Assembly (NCBI RefSeq): GCF_006345805.1
Contig: NC_043006.1
Span: 4,278,001 to 4,342,000, forward strand
Source: Octopus sinensis
Lineage: Eukaryota
DNA length: 64,000 nucleotides
Direction of reading: 5' to 3'
Below, one piece after another: positions 26,601-41,379 of this stretch (the stretch's first letter is position 1; each line of letters opens with the position of its first letter). The notes beneath the pieces were generated by a model. The model saw only the letters and a program-made list of their open reading frames with translations. It made no database searches and was not told where the DNA came from. Both the position numbers and the translations under genes were made by a program.

Positions 26601-26824
26601 TTATTATGTATGTATTATGTATATGGCATGATGTAAGTTTACGTACAATATAGCAAATAGCAAAACAGTAAAAAAAAAGGGTATCGGGTCATATTATTAC
26701 ATGAGAGGCCAACACGGGGTGGGTTTAAGTGCATTCGAAACAAAATTGGATATCCTCCTGTCAAAATACCAGGTCCATGCCACTGAGGTACAGACGCTTG
26801 GAAGAGAGCAGATATAGATAGGTA

Positions 26825-27160
26825 GCTCGACCCCAGTACGCAACTGGTGCTCAATTTATCGACCCTGAAAGGATGAAAGGCGAAGTCAACCTCGGCGTAA
26901 TTTGAACTCAGGACGCAAAGACAGACGAAATACCTATTTCTTTACTACCCACACGGGGCTAAACACAGTGGAGACAAACATGGACAGAGAGAAGGATCAA
27001 GTCGATTACATCGACCCCAGTGCGCAACTAGTACTTATTTAATCTACCCCGAAAGGATTAAAGGAAAGTCGTCCTCGGCGAAATTTGAACTCAGAACGCA
27101 AAGACAGACGAAATAACGCTAAGCATTTAGCCCGGCGTGTTAACGTTTCTGCCAGCTCAC
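26825..27160 (-). mobile_element. Two tandem SINE family B copies
   Basis: Same arrangement and sequence as 4500-4848, more diverged. Confidence 0.8.
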
Positions 27161-27480
27161 ATCCTTTGGAGTTTCAATAAATTAAATGACAAATGTGTTC
27201 ATCTTAATGTGATATCTGTGCGTCATTGGAATGTAGTGATAGACAGTTGTACAACACGAGTACTACTCTGAGTCTCTGTGACTAGAACCTAGTGGCAGAC
27301 CGAATCTAGATGAACAATGATTAAGTGAAATAGCAGGTTTTACGTCAGAACGCACCTCTCATACAAAGTACTGTGACTACAGCGAGGGTTGCGTCCTTGA
27401 GCAAGACACTTTATTTCACGTTGCTTCAGTCCACTGAAATGGCAAATATACATACATACATACATACATATATATATATA

Positions 27481-30400
27481 TCCCTTGTCTGCACAGGGAT
27501 TGCCCTGTCTGCACAGGGATTGCCCTGTCTGCACAGGGATTGCCTGTTGTCTGCACAGGGATTGCCCTGTCTGCACAGGATTGCCCTGTCTGCACAGGGA
27601 TTGCCCCTTTACCCATCTCCCGGGGACTCGTCGGACATTTAAAGATAACCACTCACATAAAAATAGCCGCGGCCACAGTCACCTGTGGTTCCCTAGACAG
27701 GAAACCACCTCTTCTTCCTCTTTTTTAGCTATGATGAATCTAGCAAAAGAACTGGAAAAAAACATCCGAGCTATCACCCACCACCATCCACCACAAATAC
27801 CCCATTGCACATGCCATTAAAAAGCAATCAAATAAACAAATCACCAAAACAATTAAAACCATCCACTCTCGCCTCAACATTTCTGCTTAATGCCCAAGGC
27901 ATCAGCCCTTCCACCAATACACAAAAATGGAAGATAAGATTCCTGGAGGACTGGGTCGAGGCCCATCCAAACCACATCCCTTTCTTCGTCCTCACTGAAA
28001 CCCATCTTAGTGACCTCCACTTGGAAGCCGAGGTGAAAGTTAAAAATTTCAAAACCATTCGTGCTGATCGTGCTGGCAGAAGAAAGGGTGGGATTGCCAT
28101 TTATGTCCATGATTCATTCTCAACAGAAGCCATGAACATATTTTCGAATGGATACTGCGAAGCAGTCGCTGTATTCAGTCAAACCAACAACTTAACAGTA
28201 GTTGGGCTCTACAGACCACCCCAAACGCCCCTACCATGCTTCAAGGAATGCCTCAACAGCATAAAGTGTTTCATTCAGCAGTGTCAACCTGACAACATTT
28301 TAATGATGGGAGACTTCAACCTTCCCGGGGTTGACTGGTCTACAAACAGTCTGCCGCCAGGTTCTTCTCTCTCAACCCCTGACAGGGAGGCAGTGGAATC
28401 GCTTCTTGACTTCATGGATGACTTCTTCTTGTCCCAACTGGTACTCGAACCAACGAGATGTCACAAAAACGTCTTAGACTTAATTTTCAGCAATCACACT
28501 GATACTATCCACAATATTGCAGTGGAGAAAACCCTACTCTCCGACCATGACATGGTTCTCTGTGATCTGAGATTTCACCGGCCAAAATGCAAAACAAATG
28601 TCATCCCTCTTGTTCATCCATTTGACACTATGGATTTCCACAATGCAAACTGGGAAGCGATCAATAATGATCTTGCAAAAGTCGATTGGTCCTTCACGCA
28701 CACACACACACCCACTAACATTAAAAAGTCCTGGCAGTCACTTGTAGACACCATCACGAACATATGTGCAAGACACACCCCATTAAGATCTGCAAACAAA
28801 TCTAAGTGTCGAATCCCTAGAAATAGAAAATCTCTCATAAGGAAAATTAAAAGAATCAACAAAAAGATCAACATGCTGAAATACTGTCAACAGCAACACA
28901 CCAACCTGACTGCCATCTCGTCGCTAGAGATTAAAAAACATAAACTCCAAAACAACATGATGTCTATCATCAATAGTCAGCGAAGAGCTGAAGAGGCCTG
29001 GGCCATTGAGAAGATCAAACTCAATCCCAAAGTGTTCTTTTCATTTGCAAAAAAACACAGAGTCACTGGTTCTACTGTTGGCCCTCTGATTGATGAAAAT
29101 GGTACTCTTCAAGACAATGCCAAAACCATGGGAGAGATATTGCAGAAACAATATTGCTCTGTTTTCAGCAATCCTGATATGACTGATCTGGGCTGTATCA
29201 GTGATGTTACTCCCCAATACACTTTATCGGACATAACATTTGGCGCTCCTGATGTCTTAGCAGCAATAAAGGAAATGAAGCATAATTCAGCAGTAGGTCC
29301 CGATAGGTTCCCTGCTTGTGTCTTGAAGATGTGTCAAAACCAACTTGCACTCCCTCTAGCCAATCTGTGGCGGAACTCACTGGATGCTGGATATATACCA
29401 GAGGACCTTCTATCCCAGTCTGTTGTCCCAGTTTTCAAAAAAGGAAACAAATCGCTTGCCGTGAATTACCGTCCAATCTCACTCACCTCTCATATCATCA
29501 AGGTATTTGAGAGGGTGCTGAGATCGCGTATGACTCACTTCCTTGAGAGGCATAATATGCTGAACCCCAACCAGCATGGATTCCGTAATGGGAGAGATTG
29601 CCTGACGCAGCTACTGCATCATTTTGATGACATTTTGAGAGCCTTGGGAGAAGGTTCCAACACTGATGTCATCTACCTTGATTTCAGCAAGGCCTTTGAC
29701 AGGGTTGATCATAAGATCCTTCTGAGAAAGCTGTCCAATATTGGTGTCACTGGAAAGCTGCTGCAGTGGATCAAGTGCTTCCTGTCTAACAGAACCCAAC
29801 ATGTGGTAGTCGAAGGAGTCAAATCCAGCCCAGCCAAGTCAGCAGTGGTGTCCCACAAGGCACTGTGTTGGGCCCACTTCTCTTCATCATCTACATAAAT
29901 GATATTACTGATACCATCAAACACAGTAACATCAGAACCTTCGCTGATGACTCCAAGCTCCAGAAGGTCATCAATGGCGTGGATGACCGAATAAACCTTC
30001 AGTCAGACCTACTGGCTGTTGTCCAATGGGCGGAAAAGAATAACATGTTGCTAAATGAAGACAAATTTGAACTGATCCACTTTGGAAGGGAGGACGCTCT
30101 GAAACTCCCATACTCTCTTCCTTCTGGAGAAATTCTCATGGCATCCAACAACATCAGAGACCTGGGAGTAACAGTGGACAACAACATAAGCTGGGCTACA
30201 CATATAAGCAGCAAAGTTGACATGGCCCGCAGAATGTGTTCCTGGATTCTCAGAACCTTCCAGTCGAGAGATTCCCACGCTATTATCCTTCTCTTCTCCA
30301 CTTTTGCCCGATCCCACCTTGAATACTGCTTTCCACTGTGGTCTCCCTACACAAAACAAAATATTATGAGAATTGAAGCTCCCCAAAGGTCAATCACAAA

Positions 30401-30912
30401 AAAGATAGATGGCATGTCAGACCTTGACTACTGGGGTAGACTAGAGAAGCTGAAATTGTATTCACTCCAACGACGCCGTGAACGCTACAATATCTGTATG
30501 ATGTGGAAAATATTCCACCAGCACTGTCCGAATGATGTTGGCATCACCTTCAAAATGCATCCAAGGCTTGGACCACGTGCCATCCGTCCACAACAAAAAT
30601 CTAAATCGCATCACATAACGACAATATGGCACAACTATTTCACCTCAATTGGACCTGCTCTCTTCAACATTACACCAGGGCACGTCAAAAAGAAACTGAC
30701 CACACAAAATTCAAGAAGTCTTTGGACAAATTCCTTCAAACAGTACCGGACAAACCACCCACACCCAGATATGTCTCCGCAAACAATAACTCTCTGCTCG
30801 AATGGGCCTTGGCGCCCAAATCCTGAACTGAAAGACTTCACCAGGTGGTGCTATTAAGTTAGACATGGCCTGGGCCAATAGTGGCCAAAACCTTTCTAAG
30901 TTATTCTAAGTT
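27481..30912 (+). mobile_element. Near-complete CR1-like LINE ORF2 (APE + RT), with frameshifts
   Basis: ORF 27805-29898 (LTETH, GDFN, VLDLIF, SDHD, NYRPISL, QHGFR, KAFDRVDH) and ORF 29865-30857 (LGPLLF, FADD). (TCTAAGTT)2 tail; (TA)n at both ends. Confidence 0.95.
27486..27606 (+). repeat. 20-bp minisatellite x6 at CR1 5' end
   Basis: TGTCTGCACAGGGATTGCCC repeated 6 times with small indels and no spacers. Confidence 0.95.
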
Positions 30913-30959
30913 ATATATGTATATATATATATGTATGAATGTATATATGTATATATATG

Positions 30960-30995
<36 letters not shown>

Positions 30996-31111
30996 TCACG
31001 TGATCACGTGACCGAGAAGGCTATCAGATGTTGCTACATATCGGTGGTCACAATGCGCTTCTCCTTGTTTTAGCCTCCAAATGACGCCACCCCGCTGGCT
31101 AAGCGAGCTAA

Positions 31112-31198
<87 letters not shown>

Positions 31199-31675
31199 TA
31201 AAGACATACATATATGTATCTAAATATAATACATGCATACATACTAAGAGCCAACATTACGACCGAAAGCGTCGCCACTCATAAGAGGAAGAAGTAGTTG
31301 TGTAATGTCCCAGTGACAACAGTTGTGGAAATCAGATGACCATCGGGTGTTAACATAAACCTTAAGATCAGCGAAAAACAAAATACCTACACTGAACACT
31401 TAAGAAACGTAGTCATGCATACGTATATAATACATACATATATAATACACACGCGTACATACATATATATGATCTAAGTTTACGTACAATATATCAAAGA
31501 ATGAGACAGGCATAAAAAAGGTATCGGCTCAAATTACTACAAAGGACTACAAAGTACAACAAAGGACTGAAAGACCAATTTGGGTTGCGTTTAGGTGGAT
31601 TTGAAACAAAACTAGATCTCTTATCCAAGTACAAGGGCGTAGCGATTGTTACAGAAGTTAGCGAAAGGACAGGGA

Positions 31676-31715
31676 TAGACAGATAGTTAGTTAGTTAGTT
31701 AGTTAGTTAGTCAGT

Positions 31716-31796
<81 letters not shown>

Positions 31797-31801
31797 TGAT
31801 T

Positions 31802-31879
<78 letters not shown>

Positions 31880-31880
31880 C
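31676..31880. repeat. (TAGT)n/(GATA)n microsatellite
   Basis: Direct observation; one of many (TA)n, (CA)n, (GATA)n and (TAA)n tracts in the window. Confidence 0.95.
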
Positions 31881-32379
31881 AGACATATACACACACACAC
31901 AAAAAGACGCGAGCCCGCGCGCAAGCATAAGTATATATTGACAGCCTTCTTGTGATATTGCTAGGGTAACATAAATATACGTATCTATCTATCTCTCCCT
32001 CTCTCTCTCAAATTATATATATATATAGATAAGAAAGTTGGTTTGTGAAAGCACGTGGTTGAATATATAGAAAATAGTAAAAAGTGAAAAAACTACAGAA
32101 GGCTTGTTTTAAAAGGTTAAAAAATATATATTTGAGTCAATATGTCTAAAGAATATTATAAATTTTTTTCTTACAATGACATAGTTTAGAAGAAAGACCG
32201 GTTTCGCGTTTAGCTTTTCAAATATATATATATATATACATGTATGTATATATTTGTACGGCAAACACTACCTTTTTCCGTCGGGGCCATATATTTATAT
32301 GGATTATTTATAATTGACAAAACACGGTGAGCTTTCATAAACTTTAAACTTATGAAATATTATATATATATATAATATA

Positions 32380-33435
<1,056 letters not shown>

Positions 33436-34006
33436 ATATATATACATATACATACACATAAGATGATTGCTCCACCTTGGCAGATGTTTGCCGTTTTCTT
33501 TTGCTTCCTGTTTGTCAAAGGCATTTCTCTGTTTCCATTCATGACCTCTCAGTTGAAATTTAGTCTCTCTGCCGATCTGCCTTCTTTGAAGCGTAGGTGA
33601 GAGACGAAAGTTGTTGTAGCATACCGTGCGCGTTCATTCTTCCATCACCGTAGGAACTTCAGCAGAGGAAATGTCGAATGTGGTCATCTTAAAGAGATAA
33701 CTGTACATCATTTAATTATAGTGAGAGGCACCTGTAGAATACCAGTACCACTCTGAGTCTCTGTGACTAGAACCTTGTGGCAGACCGAAGAGAGAGGACT
33801 TTTAATCAGGTCAAACAGCAGGTTTTCCATCAGTAGGCACCTCTGATGCAACCAAGTGATCCGTCCTTTTTAGTGGTTTTACTGCATGCCGTGACACCAA
33901 CCAAGGTTATTTCTGCATTTCCGCGCTCCGATACATTGTTATCACTTATATTAATTAACTTATATTTGGACCTTGACCTTTGCTACAACTCCGTCCGGAT
34001 CAGAGT

Positions 34007-34390
34007 TATTAAAATAACTAAGTCTCTCTAAAATAACTATTATTTTCCGGGAACGCTGCCGCTGTTCTCTTTTAGAGAGACTTAGTTATTTTAATATTTC
34101 TATTATTGAAAACAAGTGGATGTATTCCACCGAAACTAGGTAAATAAAACCATCGAACAGAGATTGTCGGAAGCGACACCTACTGGCTGGCTACGCTGCA
34201 TTGAAAAGGGGCAATACCCCGAAACGCGTCTGTAGCTGCCGGTCAAGTAGTGTAGAGCGACTGACCTCCCTTGTTCGAAGGTTATATGGATACAGTTTGT
34301 GTATCAAATAGCTAACTTAAGGCGATGGCCTCATGGAGCTAATAAGCGGACAGCTTTTTTCTTATTTTTATAAGAATGCCATATTAGTAT
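34007..34390 (+). mobile_element. Penelope-like pLTR fragment with 27-bp inverted repeat and hammerhead
   Basis: Inverted repeat 34007-34033 / 34070-34096; hammerhead motif 34195-34236; absent from duplicate copy A. Confidence 0.55.
34195..34236 (+). ncRNA. Minimal type I hammerhead ribozyme, U3-A8 core variant
   Basis: Stem I GCTGCA/TGTAGC; core TTGAAAA; stem II GGGG-caata-CCCC; GAAA; palindromic stem III ACGCGT; GUC site. Confidence 0.65.
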
Positions 34391-34402
34391 GGCGATAACT
34401 AT

Positions 34403-34512
<110 letters not shown>

Positions 34513-34997
34513 TGTATTTATGTCTGTATGTATGTATGCTTGAAAAGAAGCATATAAGGCGTTTTGTCAAAAGAGATGTGGTGAGAGGTGAAATCGATTG
34601 AGAAAAGCAATTACAAATGTATATGACTCATAAAAATGATTCGTAAGTTTCATTGGCTGACAGAAGTTAGATCCCGGTTGACAGAAGTTAGAACCTGGTT
34701 GACAGAAGTTAGATCCTGCTTGACTGTGCTAAAAACTTGAATGCATTACTTTACTTTCTCAATTTTTATTAAAAGTAGCGAACGCAAACCATCAGAGTAA
34801 ATATTTTTTTTTTAAATGACCAACGGAATATTGCCTTTCTTCTCGGGTAAGTCTCTAATTTTTTCTCACTCCGTTCTTTTCATATGTCACAATTTTGATG
34901 TAGCAATGAAAATAGATGCCTTGCATTACGATTGATTGTTTAATATATCCTCAGCCCCGAAATTTCAGGCTTTGTACCTTTAGTTCAAAGTATTATG

Positions 34998-35057
<60 letters not shown>

Positions 35058-35082
35058 ATTATTATTATTATTATTATTATTA

Positions 35083-38005
35083 CTTTTTTTTCTTCTTTCA
35101 AATTTGCTTCCATTTCTTGCCGAGTGTCTTCCCGACTCCTAGGGCAAAGAAACTCATAGTATACATTGGTAGGCCATTAAACCAAACTCAATAGTTCGTT
35201 CATTTTTTAAATTTTTTTTTTTAAGTTAAATTAAAATACATGAGCAGCAACAGTTCTCACATCGACAATGCTCTTCTCAATACGTGTGATGTACCAGTTA
35301 AGACAATCTTTTGCACTTCTTGCAGGGATGGTAAGCCAGGGATCATTCTCATATAATTTTCGGTTCCCTTCTTGATCATTCCTAGTGCTCCTACGATCAC
35401 TGGTATTGTAACCGCCTTGAGATGCCACATTTTCTCAATTTCAATGAGTAGGTCTTTATATTTTCTGAGCTTGTCAAACTCTTTCGCTGAGATATTATGA
35501 TCACAGGGGATGCTCATGTCGATCAATAAGCAAACTTTATTGTTTTGGTCTTTCACAACAATATCTGGTTTATTGGCCTTGATGGTTCGGTCTGTATGTA
35601 CTGGAAAGTCCCACAGAATCGTTACATTTTCTCCTTCAGTTACAGCCTCAGGGTGGTGATTATACCACTTGTCGGCAGTTTTGATATTGTAATGCCGACT
35701 TATTAGCCAGTGGAGATATTGGCCAACTCTGTCATGTCTTAATTTATACTCCACTGGTGCTAAGACTTTACATCCAGAGATTAGGTGGTCCACTGTTTCA
35801 ATCATGTCGTTGCAGAATCGGCATTTTGGGTCTGCTCCATTTTTCATCACATTGGCCTGGTAGTTCCGGGTTAATAGGCTTTGATCTTGAGCAGCCAGGA
35901 TGAAACCTTCGCTCTCTGCTTTTAGCCCTGAGCTCCGTAGCCACTGATGGGTTTGCTTCTGGTCAACATCAGCTTGTTTGCTGCGGGTCACATATTTGCC
36001 GTGCAGAGGTTTCTCCTCCCACCTATCAGCCAATTGCTCGTGCGCTTTTTTCGTTGCCATCATTTTCACCTTCTTTGCAACAATAGTTGCCGTACTTCCC
36101 TCGGGTTGTTCAGTTTGGGTATCCTGCATGAGATCAATAGCAAATTTTTTGCATTCCTTTATGATAGAATGAAGCTCTTTCGTCTCTCGTGATTTTCCAC
36201 GAGCTTTAGCATCCAGTCATTCGATATTTCGAGATATTTGGCCAGTCCAATTGTGGTTGTTTTGTAGGCTAGTTCAAATTGGATCAGGCCTCGACTTCCT
36301 TGGGCTCTGGGAAGGTAAAGGCGATCTACGTCTGCCTTTGGGTGGTGCATCCTATTACAACTCAGCAGCTTGCGTATTTTCCTATCTATATTCTTTACTT
36401 CACTCATATTCCAGTTCAACACATTGTAGCTATAAGTAACAACTGGAACTGCTAAGGAATTTATAGCTAACACCTTGTTACGTGCATTTAGTTCAGATTT
36501 CAGGACTGCACGAACTCTCCTATAACATTCCTTCCTGATTTTCTCTTTCGTGCTTGCATGCTGAATACCAGAGCCTTCATTTATCCCTAAATATTTGTAT
36601 GTTTGTTCTTGCTCAAGCTCTCTTATGACTGTGTCAACATCTAACACGACTGAATTTGTGGTCTTCACTTTCCCTTTCTGGAAAGTGGCCTTGGCACACT
36701 TCTCAAGTCCAAACTCCATCCCGATGTCATCGCTGAATGCTTTCACGGTGCGCAATAGGCCTTCAAGTTCATTATTGTCTTTACCATAAAGTTTTAAGTC
36801 ATCCATATAAAATAGATGGCTTATTTTTTTATTGGCAATTTTATATCCATGCCCTGTTCTGTTTAATTCACTTGTAAGGGGTATTAGGGCTATGCAGAAT
36901 ATTAAAGGTGAAAGTGAGTCACCTTGAAAAGTTCCACAGTTGATGTTTATATTTTCTGAGGCAAGTACTCCATTAGAGTGGTATAATTGGAGATTCGTAT
37001 TCCACAACGACATATTGTGCTTCAGGAAGTTTGAAATCACAGGGGAAATTTTGAAGATGTCCAGCGATCTCAAGATCCATGGATGCGGTATGCTGTCGAT
37101 GGCCTTTTTATAGTCAATCCATGCGGTGCTGAGATTTCTGCGCTTGTTGTGACAGTTCTCAAGGATCATACGATTGATTAGCAGTTGATCTTTGCATCCG
37201 TAAGAGCCTCGGCGGCACCCTTTTTGTTCGATGGGGAAAATATCGTTCTTCTCCATGAATGCATATGTTTTCTCCGCCAGGATAGATGTTAGGATTTTAT
37301 ACGTGGTGGATAGACAGGTTATAGGCCGATAGTTTTTTGGAAAGTTGGTTTCGTTATTCTTTGGGAGTAGGTAGGTAATGCCACTTGCTAACCATTCTGG
37401 TGTTTTCTTTGGGTCTCTCATAATTCCATTGAGCAGCTAAACTAGCTTACCGTGTGCGCATGGGAGCGATGCGAGCCAGAAATTCGGCACCCTATCTTTA
37501 CCGGGGGATTTCTAATTATGGGCCTTCGTGAGTGCCTTTCTTAGGTCTGCTATTGTGATGTCTTCCCATGCTTGTTGTTGTAAATTTTGGTAGGATCCTT
37601 CAGTTTGTATAATCCAGTCTGCATTTATGTTGTACGTCTTCTTGTCACTCCAAATCCTTTTCCAAAAGTTTTGAACTTCTTCTATGGGAGGGGGTCTTTA
37701 ACGGTTACTTTCTCCTTCCCTATTTCTCTGTAGAATTTTTTGGCATTGGATGTGAACAGCTTATTTTGCTTGTAAAACTTGTTTCTCTTCTCAAATCTTC
37801 GTATTCTTTGGGCTCTTGCTTGGACTTTTTGTTTCAGCGTTTCTTTTATTGATATCAGTTCTTCTCTTGGTGAGGATCCAAATTTTCTCTTCATCTTTCT
37901 TCCTGTTCTGGATCTTACATCATTTCCACATATTAGTTCATTTAATATTGATATTTCCCCTCTCATAAATTCAATCTCTTTTTCAATTTTACTTCTTCAT
38001 TTCTC
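35083..38005 (-). mobile_element. R4/Dong-clade LINE (RT + CCHC + RLE endonuclease), 5'-truncated, in (TAA)n
   Basis: ORF 36159-37421 (NYRPITCL, QGDSLSP, YMDDLK) and ORF 35257-36129 (CRFC..ETVDHLISGC, RHD, KPDIV). (TAA)n at both ends. Confidence 0.93.
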
Positions 38006-38068
<63 letters not shown>

Positions 38069-38559
38069 GAGCGGCGAAATCGATTTTACATTTGATCCTT
38101 TCGGGGTTGATAAATTATGTACCAGTAAAACACTGGGGTCGATGTAATCATCTAGTCCCCATCACCAAATTAGGAAAAAACAGCCCATTTGTATTTAGAA
38201 GTAAGGATTATTATTTCCTCTACGCACAACAGATTAGACTGGAACAAGAAAAGTTCCTAACATCGGGCTACCGCAAGTAACCTTATATGCGAACAACCTT
38301 CCTAAGTATCCTAGCTGTCCCTAATAACACGGTTTCCTGGAGCTGCACTAAAGTAGTCTTTACGCCTAGTTTTTCTATTTCTTTGTGAAACCCTTAGGGA
38401 TAATTCGTAATGCACTTATAGCTACAGGGTTACATTTTATCCACACATTTCCTAGCCTCTATAACTGAATGGCTAGACCCTGGTACTTTGCTATTTTCTG
38501 TATAGTTTCCATATTGATTTTCTCATCATTTGGGATTGTAAAGTCAATTACCTGCTTAA

Positions 38560-39850
38560 GGTAAGACCAACTTTGCACCGAGGATAAAATTCATTGTTGA
38601 TAAATCCTCTACCTTATCAAGTAACACATTTCGTATTAACGATGAAACTTCTAAAGGAAATTATGTAAAATGGTCATCTATTTAATGAAAAGCTTTAGAT
38701 ATTTGGAGATGACTTTCACCAGACAGCTAATGCAATTCGAAGATTCAGCAATGTTAATATAAAAATACTGCACGAAGAGTTGGCCATTATAGAGATATGT
38801 GAAAATTCTTCATCTTCCAGTAAAAATGGGAAATGCGAGCAAGAAGGATTTCATATTTGTATCTTGAATATTAGAAATGTTATTTTCACTTACAATGCTG
38901 GGCTTAATGATTGTATGCTTGCCATACCATAAGCAATGATTGTCGATGACGTAGTCCACTTTATTTATTGTAAATTCAGTTAACATCATCAATGACGAAC
39001 AAACTGCCTCTTTTGATTTATATAACTTACATTGGGAATCTACCTGATTGTGCTGACTTCGAAAGTTTGTGAAACATTGAAACTTAACAATGATATTCTG
39101 CAACTCATATACCGGGTCTATCAAGAAAATATATAAAATCAATGATTCGATAATTGTTGATGACGATGACGACAACTAGGAAAAAGACTACGACGACGAT
39201 GACAACAGTGAAGATGACTACGATGAAGATGATGATGCAGCGACGAGGATGCAGATATTGATGACGATGATAACGAAGATGATGAGGTGGAGGGGATTGT
39301 GAGGATTTTCATGATCAAGATGATGATCATTTGAATGAGGAAGATGAGCTATAAATTTTCCAGGGGAGTTGTTAAATGAACAAAATCCACGTGGAATTCC
39401 ACCTCATATTCTGGTGATGAACGTTTGGAGTATTATAATGTGAGAACGAAACCTCAGACCCCTGAAGAGTTTACTAAATAGAACCTGAGCAACAATTATA
39501 GAAGAGTGCAACCATCTTCTTTATACAGCAGAAATATTTACTGGCAACAGTTAAGAAGAATGGGTTTTCATTTCACGAATTTATTTGTCACAAAGCGAGA
39601 CAAATCTACTTTTTCAACATAATCGCAGGCATGGCCCCTTGATAACATTCTTTGTTATTACCATAAATATATTTCAGGGTTAGTCTTTTATCAGAGTGGG
39701 AGTATATCTACGAGAGCGCGTATTTAGCACTGGATAGTTAGTTGTAGTTCTAAATAGGATAAAAAATCAGGAGCACCATAAATGACAGATTTCCATCTCA
39801 TAAAATAAGGTCATCTCCTACTTAAGGACCATATATTCACTAAATGTGTA
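38560..39850 (+). mobile_element. Old Helitron-like relic with embedded dispersed repeat
   Basis: 39655-39745 resembles degenerate ITINK.QG.SF..VGVYL...VFS.G.L helicase motifs; includes the inverted copy of 21470-21830. Confidence 0.4.
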
Positions 39851-40351
39851 GTCATGAATTGCCTTTTGAGGCTAAATAATGATGTTTACGACGAAACTAC
39901 TGGCGTTTATTGAGCTAACTATTGTATTGAACATGAACTTCTGTAATTTAATTTAGACATTTATTATGCAAATATTCATCGTAGACCAAAATATAAATAC
40001 GGCGCAGTTCGGAGGTAAAACAAATGTCGCTGATTGGAAAACAATAACATTTCTATAAATATAATCAGTATTTTGTGTGTATAATCATGGGTTAGTGCAC
40101 ATATTTTGTTTCAGTCTATGTCATTATGTGGCTTTTCTGTGCATACACACGCATCCACATACGTATACATGCATACAAAAAAAACACACACACAAACACA
40201 CACACACATGTGTATAGACGTAGGTGTATACACTTGTAAAAAAATGTACACATTTTTGTGTGTACATTCTGGTCGTATAAACCTGATTCTGGAGTCTCAT
40301 GTATTCAACACATATTTTGTATTATCCACATTTGTGGAATTTTACATATCT

Positions 40352-40393
<42 letters not shown>

Positions 40394-41379
40394 TTGCATG
40401 TTTATTACATATTCTTACTCGTATTCAAATTTGTAAGGTTTGGGGATTGCTCAGTGATAAACTGCAAAATTTTGACGTCAAAGCTAATAAGAAATGCTTG
40501 TCAACAAGCTGCACATACATGTAAATATAAAGTTTTAAGAGCATAAACTTTAAAATTGTAAAATTTCGTGTAGTTTAAACATTAATGCCGGTATGCGTAT
40601 GCAAAAACCATTAGTTCTTCGATGTTTCCGAAAGTCGAATCCAACGGAAATAATTATATACGAGTCGTTTATATATAGTCTATCGGTGGTCTCTCTCTGG
40701 GCAGGTCTTGTGATTGTGAACCTTCTTCAGTAGTGTCTGCCACTGTTATATTGATTACTACTGAAGCAGATTGTTCCAGTTCTAATGACGAAACTGGCAT
40801 CAGCTGGTCCCGAGGTTTTTCCCGAAACATATCATCTATTAACTTCTTTTTCCACGAATTTAAATAGAGGAGTAGTTTTTGGAGGAAATGTATTCGCCTC
40901 ACCTCTTACGTCGTAGTTAAACGATTTGACATAGTAGTCAGCCATACGAGTCGGTTGCCGCCCCATGGAAAGAAGAAAAGAAACTACGAACAATAAAACA
41001 CAAAACAGTAAACAACATCAGCGACGACGACGATGACGACAACAGTAACAATAGTAGCACTAGTATTAGTATGAACTACGACAACAACAACGACAGCAAC
41101 AATAATAATGTAATCAGCAGCAGCGATAAAGCTACCAACAATGGCGCTGATAGCTTTAGCAACAACAACAATAACTACAACTGTAACGTCGACAGCAGCC
41201 GCCACAATTGAGACAACAACAACAATAAAATGAATGAGAAGAACATTAACAAGAAGAACATTAATAATCTACAAGGGCAACAACAACAACAACAATAATA
41301 ACGATGAAAATCCATAAAGAAAAAAAAACATTCTTCGCGAACATTACAAAGCGGCGGATTGTCGTTTTACTTAAAGGGG

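Noticed and set aside
27486-27606. Possible CRISPR array
   Set aside because: Repeats are contiguous with no unique spacers, there are no cas genes, and the context is a eukaryotic LINE.
30997-31010. Tandem E-boxes CACGTGATCACGTG as a regulatory site
   Set aside because: Lies at the end of a short repeat-like fragment between (TA)n tracts; no linked promoter evidence.
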